Virus record (IMG/VR): IMGVR_UViG_3300020468_000003
Coordinates: 41,045 to 105,044 of that record
Length of the DNA: 64,000 bases
From: a virus
Reading direction: 5' to 3' (one strand)
Shown: in pieces, positions 47,101-58,000 of the stretch
How the letters are laid out: the number at the start of each line of letters is the position of its first letter
How positions within the stretch are numbered: the stretch's first letter is position 1
Program-made: the position numbers and the translations under genes
The notes under the pieces: generated by a model
The model's input: the letters and a program-made list of their open reading frames with translations, nothing else
Database searches by the model: none
What the model was told of the DNA's origin: nothing

Positions 47101-49436
47101 ACAAAACTGTTATCAGTTGTTTGTGAAAGGGTAGAAACTCCATTTGTATTTAATGCACTGTAAATACTATTACCATGTGTACTATGGATATACCAGTTAC
47201 TAACATTAGAGTCAAACTGAACTGGATGTCCAACATCTCCTGCACTCTTATCAGAAACTCTACTGGTTATTGTTAAATTACTTCCACCATATACTGTAAC
47301 TGCTGAATTACTATCTGCAGCTGCTTTAGATGATGCTAATTTAATTGTAGTAGAACTTTCTTTAATTGCGTAATAAAGTCTATTAGGGACTAAGTTTTCT
47401 GGTAGATCACCATTGCTACTCTTAATAACAACACTTTCTCCAGTTAAAAGATTATGGGTTCCAATAGTGAATATATTACTAACAGGTCCAGAGATTACAG
47501 GAAACTCTTTAAATGCTATACTAATACCAAGGGAAGTTGTTCCTCCACTAACAGTATTATCTAACATACAAATGTCAGAAGTAAATGTACCAATACCAGC
47601 ACCTAGGTTAACAGAAAGAGAATCATTTACTTTTGCACCAACTCTATAACCCTGTGTTAATACTGGAGGAGCATCATCAAAGTTATTAAAACCAAAGAGA
47701 TATAATTGACTTGAAATACCAACTGCTGTGGTAAGACCAACATCTAAAGACTGCCAATCTACATTTGTTTCAGATTCGCTTATTGACCTTGGTGTTATAA
47801 TAGATGTTATGTAAGATTTGTTATCTTTGTCAAACGCAGCTTTCCTAAATCCATCTGAAGCAAGTGAGAACTGTCCAAAGTTGGAGTTAGAGTTAGTAAC
47901 GGAAGCATCACCACCACTCGAAGTTTCAAAATGCTTATTGAATCCAATCGCAAACACAGAAACAATCTGCATGACAGCATCATTGGATATTTTAATATGA
48001 GTGGTATCAAATCCTTTTCTATAGACTGCATCAGAATCTAAATGATATACCTTTGCTTTATCTAATGAAGATGCACCAGATGATAGTTCTGCACCTGTTT
48101 TCTTACTTATAGATCTTCCTTCGTAACTTCTTGTTGCTTCATTATATTTTACAAATGCACGATCATCCTTTTGTAGTGATATGCCAGTAAACTGGGCAAC
48201 AACCATTGAACGGAAACCAGATGCTTTTGATCCGTCTGCATGCATACCTTGCATACCAAATACAGATCTCAATGAAATATTAAAGATATAAGGAGAAGCA
48301 CCAGAAACTGTATCAGTTTCAATTGTTACTACTGCACCACTAACATCGGGTATAGTTAAGAGGTTAGGTTGAACGTATGGTAAAAGATATGTAAAAGTTT
48401 TACTGTTAACTATACTTTGAACTTTAGTTGATATATTATAATCGTTTACGTTATCTGGAACTCCAACTCCATCAATCTTAACGGGAGTACCTTCATTAAA
48501 TCCATGATCCAATACAGTAGTAACTGTTATAACAGGTCCTGCTGTTCCACCACTACCAGATTCAATTCTAGCAATTGATAGAGGATCTGCAGCAAATGCA
48601 CCTACAATTTCCCATTCTGGTCTTTGTTTCGCAAATGCATCTGGATCATCAGGATACTTCTCTGGAATATTTCTTATAGAACTGAATGCGTTTGACAGTT
48701 TACTATAATACATGTCAAGGTCAGTTATATCATAACCAGAAACCTTATTAACACCATCAGCATATTCAAAACAAGTTAGTTTATGGTGAGAGAAACTTGG
48801 TTTTGAACGGTTAGTTGTTGAAAAATCAATTGGATCGGTATATACAGTTCCTAATTCATTACCATCAAATATTGAGAACTGCCAGAAATAAGATGTACCA
48901 GTTATTCTAAAAATAGCAGATGCAGCAACATTTGTATCTGTTGGGTTTGGAATATACTTCGGTCTTATCTTTGTTTTTCTTAAATCTAATCCAACAAGTG
49001 ATGTACCACGAGGAACAATTACACCACCATTTACACTATTAAACTTATATAATTGGTTTTCTACCTGATTTAAATCGAAGTTTGAATCTAAATTTAAAGC
49101 AATTTCTTCAGAAGGTGGAGAGTTTGTACCAGATGGAGAAGTAACTCTTACACCCAAACTTGCATCGTTAAAGATTGCAAAACCAGGTCTATTATCTATA
49201 ACATGCTCTCCTGGAAAAAGCAATATTGTAGTTTGTTCTATTTTATCGTTATTATTTCCTTTAAGATATGAAAATCTAGCAGACTCTATTAATGCCCTTT
49301 GTATAGTTTTAAAAGGTTTAGCAAGAGAATTTCCTTGGTTTTCAATACTATCGGTGGCTTCAAGATCATTTGGATTGACATAAAGTGTCCTTCCATCGGT
49401 GTTCTTGATAAAATTATCTAATTTATTAAGTGGCAT
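44157..49436 (-). CDS. Large virion/tail protein with C-terminal peptidase S74 intramolecular chaperone
   Basis: PFKTIQRAL N-terminal motif; C-terminal SDARLKDNI...YDW..GVIAQE.E.VLPEAV..LAVDY + coiled coil; late promoter ATAAATA at 49468-49474. Confidence 0.88.
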   Translation of the reverse strand: MPLNKLDNFIKNTDGRTLYVNPNDLEATDSIENQGNSLAKPFKTIQRALIESARFSYLKGNNNDKIEQTTILLFPGEHVIDNRPGFAIFNDASLGVRVTSPSGTNSPPSEEIALNLDSNFDLNQVENQLYKFNSVNGGVIVPRGTSLVGLDLRKTKIRPKYIPNPTDTNVAASAIFRITGTSYFWQFSIFDGNELGTVYTDPIDFSTTNRSKPSFSHHKLTCFEYADGVNKVSGYDITDLDMYYSKLSNAFSSIRNIPEKYPDDPDAFAKQRPEWEIVGAFAADPLSIARIESGSGGTAGPVITVTTVLDHGFNEGTPVKIDGVGVPDNVNDYNISTKVQSIVNSKTFTYLLPYVQPNLLTIPDVSGAVVTIETDTVSGASPYIFNISLRSVFGMQGMHADGSKASGFRSMVVAQFTGISLQKDDRAFVKYNEATRSYEGRSISKKTGAELSSGASSLDKAKVYHLDSDAVYRKGFDTTHIKISNDAVMQIVSVFAIGFNKHFETSSGGDASVTNSNSNFGQFSLASDGFRKAAFDKDNKSYITSIITPRSISESETNVDWQSLDVGLTTAVGISSQLYLFGFNNFDDAPPVLTQGYRVGAKVNDSLSVNLGAGIGTFTSDICMLDNTVSGGTTSLGISIAFKEFPVISGPVSNIFTIGTHNLLTGESVVIKSSNGDLPENLVPNRLYYAIKESSTTIKLASSKAAADSNSAVTVYGGSNLTITSRVSDKSAGDVGHPVQFDSNVSNWYIHSTHGNSIYSALNTNGVSTLSQTTDNSFVVRTDDSRSLDEKLYKVRIVVPKDAENAKQPSETFIIQESSSTGYRNDADSSRVSIGSTDYDFDRNTRFISTCISGSAGVVTVTSEIPHQLNTGNLVNIVNVRSTTNTGGANNLGYNGRFTVTGIVNDHEFTYSSTDVDSIVHTPGVFNSDTSSRNLNLPRFQKNDTKRNYYVYRSEVIADYIKDVQDGVYHGYVLNSDNALTEEFTDFKYSQNVTNLYPELDKDNVNDNPGPMKSFAKRAPIGEVVSNDLTKSITRETLDSFVEDFGIGKKITGVTTVFTSVNAGVATVTLDREHGFSGVTTYSSFAGGSGYNEGVHYNVKLLNNGTTTWDGATAKVTVGTGGTITDVDFISRGSGYTDAEELDFDTSVLGSGTGAGVTISSSGISTNIGDTVQITGIGTTGEGYYKIASIPAKNQVSIALTAGDIEIHSGQYLLNLGPSVHVNTVAGPVLGITTFTTDFAHALTAGSKVEFKDSSNNKLGVFVVNEKVGVTTFTVKTSDTLSSTSYLLPHGFDANNAASDSTTENLGTRGIPTYDLDKFFLHVPISDGDTVAVSDSTLCGIATLNQFPVGSYIQIDNEIMRISNSSFSGTNTNELNVIRGVFGTPKENHASGSIAKKIKPKAIELRRPSIIRASAHTFEYLGFGPGNYSTGLPQVQVRTLTEVESFLAQSQKKSAGVVVYTGMNSEGDFFIGNKKSSSATGQERTFDVPSPTVTGQEVGRLSVVFDEVLIKERLRVEGGKSGTVLSQFDGPVTFNKEVRLRNTGTITGVLKLDDTTPSTSKTTGALVVAGGVGISGKATFGDEIIVETGIIPDVDKGAYVGKEDQAFESAYIDGIRLGVGGTTTIDTRGGDLVISAAIGSSVSISTVTTMTSDLNVEGDITAFYTSDARLKDNITPIDDPLAKVISISGNTYDWNEKSGKTGKDVGVIAQELEEVLPEAVTTRKNGYLAVDYDRVVPLLVEAIKELNAKVDSLEQRLNN

Positions 49437-49520
49437 TGTCGTTCACGACCATGAGATTTCTATATTTTATTTATGGTAGTAGAAGTTACCCTACTTTCAT
49501 AATATACTATAAAACCAGTA

Positions 49521-49694
49521 TCAAAGGTCTGAATGGGTTTGCATTTCAAACCACTCTTCTTCGGTTTCGGCTTGTTTCACTAATACTGATGCTTTACCAG
49601 CACTATCTAAAATTCCAATAAGTTCACCATCTTTAGCTCTGGCGATCATTTCATCTTGGTTTTCTTCAAATTCTTGAGTTGTTAGGATTTCCAT
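49521..49694 (-). CDS. Phd/YefM-like small protein (57 aa)
   Basis: Hand translation MEILTTQEFEENQDEMIARAKDGELIGILDSAGKASVLVKQ... Confidence 0.6.
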   Translation of the reverse strand: MEILTTQEFEENQDEMIARAKDGELIGILDSAGKASVLVKQAETEEEWFEMQTHSDL

Positions 49695-49695
49695 T

Positions 49696-49896
49696 TTACT
49701 GATTACTCAACGATAGGTCTGCATATTCAATTTGATCTGTGGGTAAGTATTCTTTACAGACTTTCAATACCCCCAAAAATTCATCCGTATTGTCGCATTG
49801 TATTAATTTTTCATCAGACTCGCTACCAAGTAACAAAAATGTCTTAGCGCAAAGGTCTATGATCACACGATCAACGAATTCATTAGGATCTTTCAT
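49696..49896 (-). CDS. Conserved cyanophage hypothetical protein
   Basis: 66-aa ORF; upstream TTGACA-N17-TATACT at 49919-49947. Confidence 0.7.
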   Translation of the reverse strand: MKDPNEFVDRVIIDLCAKTFLLLGSESDEKLIQCDNTDEFLGVLKVCKEYLPTDQIEYADLSLSNQ

Positions 49897-49953
49897 CCAT
49901 GTTTTCTAAAGTACTACCAGTATATAGCACTAGGAGTATTATGTCAACAGTAA

Positions 49954-50496
49954 TTATAACCCTAAAAGAGTTCTTAATTCTGCAGTTGTAAGTCCAACAT
50001 TTTCAAGTTTTTGTGCTGCGGTTAGAGTAGATGCAGTAGAAACAATACTCCATGCATTGGTAAGTCCTATTCCCGCATCAGCACCTCCAGTTGCTGTGTC
50101 CCATGATAATGCAGTTTGACGCAGTATTACAGGTGGAGTAAATGTGGTTACTCCTGCAGGAACAGGTCCCCATGGACTTGTAACAACTACAACTGATCCT
50201 ATTGTTGCAGCATCAACAGAATAATAATTTCCACTGAGATCATCAATTTGACTCCAAGTTTGAGCACCTTCATCAAATACTCTAATTTTATTAAGTTCTG
50301 CTTCAGGTGGTGTTACTGGAGTAGTAAATGCAGGTGCATTATAATATGTGGGATTATCTGGTGCAGATGCTTTTTCTAATACACCAATAAGCTCCTTGTT
50401 AGTCTCACCGTAACTATACAGTGGGCAAGTGTTTTCAGCATCTACGGTAATAGTGCGTTCTACACCATCATAAGTTTTACAGGTTACGGTTGCCAT
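49954..50496 (-). CDS. Tail fiber assembly chaperone-like protein
   Basis: P...T...PP......VFDE...W..I.D pattern of Tfa proteins; directly after a fiber gene. Confidence 0.6.
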   Translation of the reverse strand: MATVTCKTYDGVERTITVDAENTCPLYSYGETNKELIGVLEKASAPDNPTYYNAPAFTTPVTPPEAELNKIRVFDEGAQTWSQIDDLSGNYYSVDAATIGSVVVVTSPWGPVPAGVTTFTPPVILRQTALSWDTATGGADAGIGLTNAWSIVSTASTLTAAQKLENVGLTTAELRTLLGL

Positions 50497-50537
50497 ATCC
50501 TTTTATAACAATTATCTAGAAGTTTGATTACACCTAT

Positions 50538-53177
50538 TTATGTTTTTATAATAGGCAAGAAATTAATATTTCGTGGTCTGGTCTCTGAACCATTGTTTCC
50601 ACCATTTGTAGCGTTAGGTGTACCACCTTCAACATTTCTGATGAAACTAGAATCATCTGCAGCTGGTCTATCATTAACACCACCACTCCAATCACTATTT
50701 CCAAGAGCATGAATTGGTATATCATGAGTATGAGTTTGGAATTGATGTTGCTGACTTGATGCAAAAGCTCTACCACTATCTACACCTTTACTATCATCAT
50801 ATCCTCTAATAAATTCTCCACGAAGATCGGGAACATTAAAGTTCTGTCCACTTCCACCATATTGAAATCCAATAACATTATATAAGTCTTGATATTGTCC
50901 AGATGCAGGGAAATTACTTACATTACCATATGAAGAACCATCACAATATAAGAATCCAGAAGGAGGAGTTGGATAATTTCCACCACCTTTATCCGCAGCA
51001 TACCATACAATACTACCTGTGACAACACCACCAACTGCACCAGTACCCTGAATACCTTGTACTCCCTGAATACCTTGAATACCCTGTCCACCAACAACAC
51101 CACTAATACCCTGATTACCCTGTAATCCTTGAATACCTTGAGATCCTGTAATTCCTTGGATACCTTGATTACCTGCACCAGTATCTCCTTGAACACCTTG
51201 ACGACCCTGTATACCCTGAAGACCCTGAATACCTTGAACACCTTGAGTTCCATCTGGTCCTTGAATACCTAAAAGACCTTGTATACCTTGTATACCTTGA
51301 GAACCTACACCATTATCTCCCTGTATTCCCTGTCCACCCTGTATACCCTGTATACCCTGAATACCTTGAGCACCATCAGCACCATTGTTACCTTGAATAC
51401 CTTGAATACCTTGGATACCCTGCTCTCCTTGAATACCTTGAATACCTTGAATACCCTGATAACCTTGAATACCTTGTCTACCTTGAACACCTTGTTGTCC
51501 TTGAGGACCTTCTCCACCCTGAACACCCTGAACACCTTGAGCACCAACACCCTGAATTCCTTGAATACCTTGAATACCTTGGTCACCTTGTGCACCAGTT
51601 GTTCCTTGCAGACCCTGAAGACCTTGATTACCTTGAATACCCTGAACACCCTGAATACCTTGATAACCCTGTCTACCTTGTAAACCTTGTGTACCTTGTC
51701 TACCCTGAATACCTTGGATACCCTGAATACCTTGAGATGCTTGGTTTCCCTGTGCACCAGAAATACCTTGGATACCTTGGTTTCCTGTAGTTCCTTGAGT
51801 ACCTTGTCTACCCTGTCTACCTTGATTACCTTGCCTACCTTGTGTTCCTTGAACACCTTGAATACCCTGAATACCTTGTTGTCCCTGAACACCCTGAACA
51901 CCTGCAGCACCTATACCTTGTAATCCCTGTATTCCTTGTGCACCTCTTATACCTTGTTGACCAGTTGTTCCCTGTGCAGCTTGAGTTCCTTGTAAACCTT
52001 GAGTTCCTTGTTGTCCCTGAATACCCTGAAGACCTTGGAAAGTAGCATCTTCAATAGATATCTTTCTAACATTATCATTACCTGCATCATATAATAATAG
52101 TAAATCATTTTGACCATCTGCACTTGTAGTTAATACTTGTTCTGTTATTGCCTTCTTACTTACTTTACCATCAAAGATAGATGCAGTAGACATTCCTGAA
52201 ACAAATGATCCACCATCTACAGTTAAATCCGAAGTAGAGACTGCAGCACCAATTACAATTTGATCACTAAAAGTTGATACTCCTACAAAACTTGAAACAC
52301 CTGTTACTACTAAATTTTTTGTTTCAGTAGTTTCAGAGAACTTTGAACTACCAACGACTTCAAATATAACTTCTGGAAACTGAGTTCCTATTCCTATTCT
52401 ATCGTTTGTATAATCATACCAAAAAACATCAGCACCACCAACAGTTCCTGATGCACTATGATATTGAATTTGAGATATTGTTCCACCTGCACCAGAGGTA
52501 ACTGCGTTTGCAGTCTGCCATTGCATTCCACCTGCAGCAGTTTTGACTAGAAGTTCTCCCGTACTTCCTGTCCCGTCTGCAGCATCAACGATAGTTCCAC
52601 TAATTTTTACATTTCCTACAATATCTAAATCATACTTTGGTATAGCACTTCCGATACCAATATTACCATTAGTCTTAGAAGATAATATTGTTCCACCAAC
52701 ACCAATTTGAAAAACATCTGTTGCAGTTACTATTCCTGAGTTATTAACTAAAAGATATGGAGATCCTGCAAAACTACCATCATCATTAAATATAATTTGA
52801 CTCGCACTACCTGGTGGAGATATAGTAATTGTAGATATTGATCCAAAATTATTTGCAGTTACATTTACAATATTACCAACAAAATCAAGTTTACTAATAC
52901 TATTACCAGTACCAACTATTCCACCTTCATCAAAAATAGTTAGACCAGTAGTTAATATACCTGAAGGAGCAACCTGCCAATAACGATCATATTGCCCACC
53001 ATTTTCAACAGTAACTAACTGATAATATTCATCTCTTATAGGAAGTGTTTTTTCTCCAACAAAACCTAAATTAGGTTCTGTTTCTTCAGGAGACAAATAA
53101 ACATGACGATCTGTACCTAAACCAGTTAATGGTGTAAGTTTCCTTCTGCCACTTAAAAACCTCTCCTTATTCGCCAT
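50538..53177 (-). CDS. Collagen-like tail fiber with C-terminal tail-collar domain
   Basis: Long (Gly-X-Gln)n tract; PSGFLYCDG...[13 protein letters not shown]...ETRPRNI collar/tip motifs. Confidence 0.9.
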   Translation of the reverse strand: MANKERFLSGRRKLTPLTGLGTDRHVYLSPEETEPNLGFVGEKTLPIRDEYYQLVTVENGGQYDRYWQVAPSGILTTGLTIFDEGGIVGTGNSISKLDFVGNIVNVTANNFGSISTITISPPGSASQIIFNDDGSFAGSPYLLVNNSGIVTATDVFQIGVGGTILSSKTNGNIGIGSAIPKYDLDIVGNVKISGTIVDAADGTGSTGELLVKTAAGGMQWQTANAVTSGAGGTISQIQYHSASGTVGGADVFWYDYTNDRIGIGTQFPEVIFEVVGSSKFSETTETKNLVVTGVSSFVGVSTFSDQIVIGAAVSTSDLTVDGGSFVSGMSTASIFDGKVSKKAITEQVLTTSADGQNDLLLLYDAGNDNVRKISIEDATFQGLQGIQGQQGTQGLQGTQAAQGTTGQQGIRGAQGIQGLQGIGAAGVQGVQGQQGIQGIQGVQGTQGRQGNQGRQGRQGTQGTTGNQGIQGISGAQGNQASQGIQGIQGIQGRQGTQGLQGRQGYQGIQGVQGIQGNQGLQGLQGTTGAQGDQGIQGIQGIQGVGAQGVQGVQGGEGPQGQQGVQGRQGIQGYQGIQGIQGIQGEQGIQGIQGIQGNNGADGAQGIQGIQGIQGGQGIQGDNGVGSQGIQGIQGLLGIQGPDGTQGVQGIQGLQGIQGRQGVQGDTGAGNQGIQGITGSQGIQGLQGNQGISGVVGGQGIQGIQGVQGIQGTGAVGGVVTGSIVWYAADKGGGNYPTPPSGFLYCDGSSYGNVSNFPASGQYQDLYNVIGFQYGGSGQNFNVPDLRGEFIRGYDDSKGVDSGRAFASSQQHQFQTHTHDIPIHALGNSDWSGGVNDRPAADDSSFIRNVEGGTPNATNGGNNGSETRPRNINFLPIIKT
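51040..52035 (-). repeat. 9-bp coding tandem repeat (CAAGGTATT-like) encoding Gly-X-Gln
   Basis: Plus-strand ACCTTGAAT / ACCCTGAAT repeated over ~1 kb. Confidence 0.95.
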
Positions 53178-53178
53178 A

Positions 53179-55089
53179 TTATGTTGTACTGTTCTCTAGT
53201 ATACTTGCAAGAAATTCCATTTGTAATGGTGCAACTAATCCACCAGCCTGAGCACCAATTTGAAGTGTTACTGTATTTAAAGTCGTAGCACCTACAGCAA
53301 CTGAAGTATTATATGCAGGATCTTTATTTTCTCTTGGATAGAATTTAGTTACTGTATTGTCATCTTTATCGCAAGTAAATCCAATAGATCCAGTTGCTAT
53401 CTTAACATTTTTTCCAACCATTAATTTATGAGATCCAATAGTTACCACTAAATCTCCATTTGCAGGATTATATGTTGCATCTGTTGGTGTGTGATATACA
53501 AGACTTGAGATACCAACATTAACTGTTATACTATCCGATGTTGTTGATACAATAGGAATAGAAGTATTATAATATGGATCTGTTGTTCTTGGATAAGAGT
53601 GCTCTGAAGCATGATTATCCATGTCACAAGTAAATGTTAGAGAATTTGTAGCAATTTTAATTGATTCTCCACCTTTCTTCATATCTCCTACAGCATTAAC
53701 AAAAGTATGAATACCAGTACTTGTAGAAGGATATCCATTAGGTCCTAATACTTGAACTTCAAAAGTGTTAGTAGTTACATTTGATATAGGCAACCATTTA
53801 TTGTTAGCATAATCATTTACTCTTGGATATGCTTTGATATCAGGACCAGTAGTACAACTGAACCTTAAAGACTCTGTATTAAATTTTATTCTCTCTCCCG
53901 CAGAATACTCATGATTAGCAATAGTAACTGTCATGATTCCTGTAATAGGACTATATTCCGCACCTTGTACCGTAGTAGTTACTCCACTCTTCAAACTATG
54001 ATTTCCAATATTAAGAGTTAATTGTCCTGTTGTTGGTGCATAAGATGCATTTGAAACATTATAATTGACAATACTTGATATTCCTACGTTTACAGTGAAT
54101 GTATTAGTTGTAAATGTTGTAATTCCTAAATTAAAAGCATTATAATTCGGATCACTTCTTCTTGGATATGCATGATCTGTTGCATTTCCATCCATTGTAC
54201 ATTTAAAAGTAATACCATCAGTAATAATTCCGACTGTATTTGTATCAGTCAATCCATGAGAGTTTGCTGTAATTACTAATAATCCAGTTGCTCCATCATA
54301 AGTAGCACCTGTAGGAGTAACGTTGCCAGCACCAGTAACTTTTACTGCTCCTGTTTTTGCACTAACAAATGTATGTGAATAGTCGCCACCCTGTATGACT
54401 GCACCAGCTGTTGCACGTACAAACTTATGATTATATGCACCACCAGCTATTATTGAGCTGGTTGCTGCACTAACAAATGTATGAACAGAATTACCAACGT
54501 AAGTATGTGGATATCCAATAGCACCACCAATATTAGCAGAGAATGTTTTTGATATACCTACCTCATTAACAATCGTATCAACAACATATGATTGTTGTGG
54601 ATCTGGGAAGAAGTTAGTGGTAATACCTGTACCACTAGGACATTTAAATTCTAATCCAGCTAAAGTTATTTCTTGTCCGACACCAAAATTATGTGGTGTT
54701 AAAGTTGTAACTGTTACGATACCACTTGGTTCATCATATACCGCACCTGTAACTGATACTATACCACTTTGTTTTGCATCAACATATATTTCATCTACTT
54801 TTATTGCATCCTTCTCCAATACCAAACGACCATCAATAAGAACAACTGCATCATTTGGTGGAACTTGTATATCTCTTATAACACGAGTATCTCTAAAATT
54901 ACCTGTACTTCTTGAAGTTCTTCTATGCCAGAATGTTACTGCAGGATAAGATGCTCCAATACCAACATTTGATACTTGAGCAAACAGAAGAATTGAGGAT
55001 ACTCCCGTAGGAACCTCATAGAGTTTCTGCGGACCTGGTGCTACAGGAACTGCAACTGTTAAAAACTTATTGACTGGTGCGACTGCCAT
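53179..55089 (-). CDS. Virion structural protein with internal repeated beta-domains
   Basis: Repeats of A.Y....G...T...H, F.C......YPR..DP and HTFVSA. Confidence 0.75.
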   Translation of the reverse strand: MAVAPVNKFLTVAVPVAPGPQKLYEVPTGVSSILLFAQVSNVGIGASYPAVTFWHRRTSRSTGNFRDTRVIRDIQVPPNDAVVLIDGRLVLEKDAIKVDEIYVDAKQSGIVSVTGAVYDEPSGIVTVTTLTPHNFGVGQEITLAGLEFKCPSGTGITTNFFPDPQQSYVVDTIVNEVGISKTFSANIGGAIGYPHTYVGNSVHTFVSAATSSIIAGGAYNHKFVRATAGAVIQGGDYSHTFVSAKTGAVKVTGAGNVTPTGATYDGATGLLVITANSHGLTDTNTVGIITDGITFKCTMDGNATDHAYPRRSDPNYNAFNLGITTFTTNTFTVNVGISSIVNYNVSNASYAPTTGQLTLNIGNHSLKSGVTTTVQGAEYSPITGIMTVTIANHEYSAGERIKFNTESLRFSCTTGPDIKAYPRVNDYANNKWLPISNVTTNTFEVQVLGPNGYPSTSTGIHTFVNAVGDMKKGGESIKIATNSLTFTCDMDNHASEHSYPRTTDPYYNTSIPIVSTTSDSITVNVGISSLVYHTPTDATYNPANGDLVVTIGSHKLMVGKNVKIATGSIGFTCDKDDNTVTKFYPRENKDPAYNTSVAVGATTLNTVTLQIGAQAGGLVAPLQMEFLASILENSTT

Positions 55090-55093
55090 ATTA

Positions 55094-58000
55094 TTATCTG
55101 AGTGCTAAAATGAGGGGAGTAACTTCTGCTTGGATTGCCCGACTGAAATCTCTACCTCTAATCGTTGAAGTTGTTTGATCAATTGTGATACCTTCACCTA
55201 TTTTGAAGTTACCAGCTTGGTCGGTACTTGTAAATGGTATTTGAGCACCATTAGTAGCAACGACCTCGTTTTCAGGAATAGGAACTCCACCCTGAAAGGG
55301 GTTCGCTCTATTTATGTTTACACCTGTACCGACATATTCAAAGGAGTGTGAGCTGGTTAATATTCTACTAATTCTAAACATTTCAGCAGTTACACCAACT
55401 CCAATACTATAAGGTATAAACTGATCAAGAGTTACTGTCGTAATACCAACAGTTGGTGTAGGTTCAGTTGCTTCGCTAACAGTAAAGTATATTGGTTCAG
55501 TTACAGCAGTTGCTATTCCTCCTCCACCACCACCGATTGAAATTACTAATTCTTCATTAGGTAAGTAGTTTCTGCCTTCGTTAGTAACATCAATTGAAGT
55601 AATAGTTCCAGCAGTACTAACATTTACACTAGCTTCAGCAGAAATTCCTTCAGGACCACCTGGTGATGAAATTGTAACTGCAGGAGGTGCTGCTTGACTG
55701 TATCCACTACCACCATTCAGTATATCAATTTTTCTTAAAGAACGCAACGGTGCAGTTATAATTCCTGTAGCAGTTGTATCATCATAATCATCAAGATTAA
55801 TCTTAAAGTATAATGCTTGTCCGTTATAAGGTCTTCTATAATTACCTATAGTATCTGCAACTCCTGTTAAAGTTGTTACATCAGAATCACCACCAACTGT
55901 TGCTACTGTTGTTATACCTGTAAAGTCAATTCTACCGACACCATCAGCAACTAATCCAAAGTTACCAAAGGAGGAGTTTGAGTTTGTTAGATCACATGAT
56001 CCACCAGTATTACAGAATATAGCAATATCACTATTAATAGTGAATATGGAAACTAACTGTGCATAAGCATTATTGGTAATAGAAACTCCAATACCATTTT
56101 CATTATATTGTGTAAATGAATCGCAAACCATAGATTTTAAATCTTGTCCTGGATTTACTGCCCCAGTAAATGCTGAACCTACATGATTTCCATCAATCTT
56201 CATACCAATACTATCAGTAATAAAGTTTGTACAGTTTCTAATGTAAGGAGATCTCCATCTACCACTAGGACCTTCATTAGCAGGACCAATATCTAAACAT
56301 CCTGATCTTGCACTACCAACTCCTGCAGGAGGAGGGAATGCTACACAACCACCTCTGATTGTTATTGGTGCTAAGTTATCTAATGGATCTTGACTGTAAG
56401 CAAAGTTTAAGTTTTCAACAAGACATCCTCTTCTAACATAGAAAATATCATCATCATTCTGTGGATATATTGTAACTAAACGAAGATCCTGTCCAGTTAT
56501 ACTAACATCTGTTCTCAAACCGACTGGGTTATTTTCTGAATATACACCAGATCTTACATATATTGTGTCGCCTGGTTGTGCAACAGCAGCTGCACCACCG
56601 ATAGTTAACTTTGCATCTCCTTCTGTTCTACCACTGTTAGCATCATTTCCAAACTTGGAGACATAAATTATATTTTTAGAATCTCCACCTCTTGGTGCCC
56701 AAACTACTTTACTATCTGGATAAGTTATTGTTGGTGCACCCGTAGTACCTAATCCAACAATTGTACTGGTAATACCAACAAGAGTATTAATTGCAGAATA
56801 TACATTTGCACATCCTTCTGGATCATGATTACTATTTCTGGCAGAGTCTGGTAGTACTGCTTGATCAATTACTTGTGCAGAGAATAATGAATATGAATCT
56901 GTTCTAGTGTCTGGTAATCTTGTAAGACCAACTCCAACAGTTACGATTCCAACTAACGATGTTACTGAAGCAACTTGAGCTACACGGGATGCAGCAGATC
57001 CTATAGTTATTTGAGTAAATGTATTTAATGTACTGGATACTTTTGCTACTGTATTATTTCTTATAACATCATTTACAATCGCAAGCATTTGAGTATAACC
57101 ATATAATACTTCTGCTTCTTCTCCCGCTACAAATCTTCCATCAACATAATATTTGGTAGCATCATAAACTCTATCATTACCACTAAATGATAGATTATAC
57201 ATTACAGAATCTAATACCTGTTTAACATCATCAACACAAGCTTGAGATCCACCAGTAATATTATGGGATGGGTATGTTGCTAATATTCTATCTACTGTCT
57301 CTGTAGCAATAAAATCTTTATTAACTTCAATCAATCTTGAAGATGCAGCATAATCACTATCAATTGCATCTATCTGATATGATCTTGGATATGGAGAATT
57401 GTTGATAACATATTTTGCAACCTTAGAAGCATAATCAACTGCTGTTACGGTTGCATCTTTAATAGAATAACCACTGTCATCTGTACCAGTAATATGTAAT
57501 AAAGTATTTCCATTATAATATGATAATCCAGCACCAACACTTTGTGAGTTTCCTCCTCTTGTTATATCATTTGCAACAGAATATAAAATTGATTTGATAT
57601 CATCTCTACAATTTCTATAGTTAGATGTTGTTAAAGAGAAACTAGGATTTAGATAATCAGTGCTTGTAATAAATCCGACTGATTCTGCAGCAATGAAATC
57701 AGCATTTTGTCTGAGTAATGCAGCAGCATCAAAAAATCTAGGTGCTATTAATCCAGTTGTACCAACACCTACTGAAGCAAAAACTGATTTAGGAACTCTT
57801 ACATCTTCAGAGGTTGTAGTCGAATTAAATCCTACATTATTATCAGAATCATATACTGCACCTTGATTAAAGAAAACATCTTTATTGTTTATTTCAATAT
57901 CTCTTGATGGTTGATTAGTTCCAAAACCAACCGATCCTATACCAGTTGTTGTAATTACTGTTCCGTTAGGACCTACTTTTAATGTTCCTTCAAGAGTTGA

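Noticed and set aside
49531-49560. Hairpin that could suggest a tRNA or terminator
   Set aside because: Lies inside a 57-aa ORF with no cloverleaf; I recognised no tRNA anywhere in the window (tRNAscan-SE would confirm).
50918-52045. Alternative-frame ORFs (KVFKVF..., TLNTLN..., YPEYLE...)
   Set aside because: Shadow frames of the 9-bp collagen repeat.
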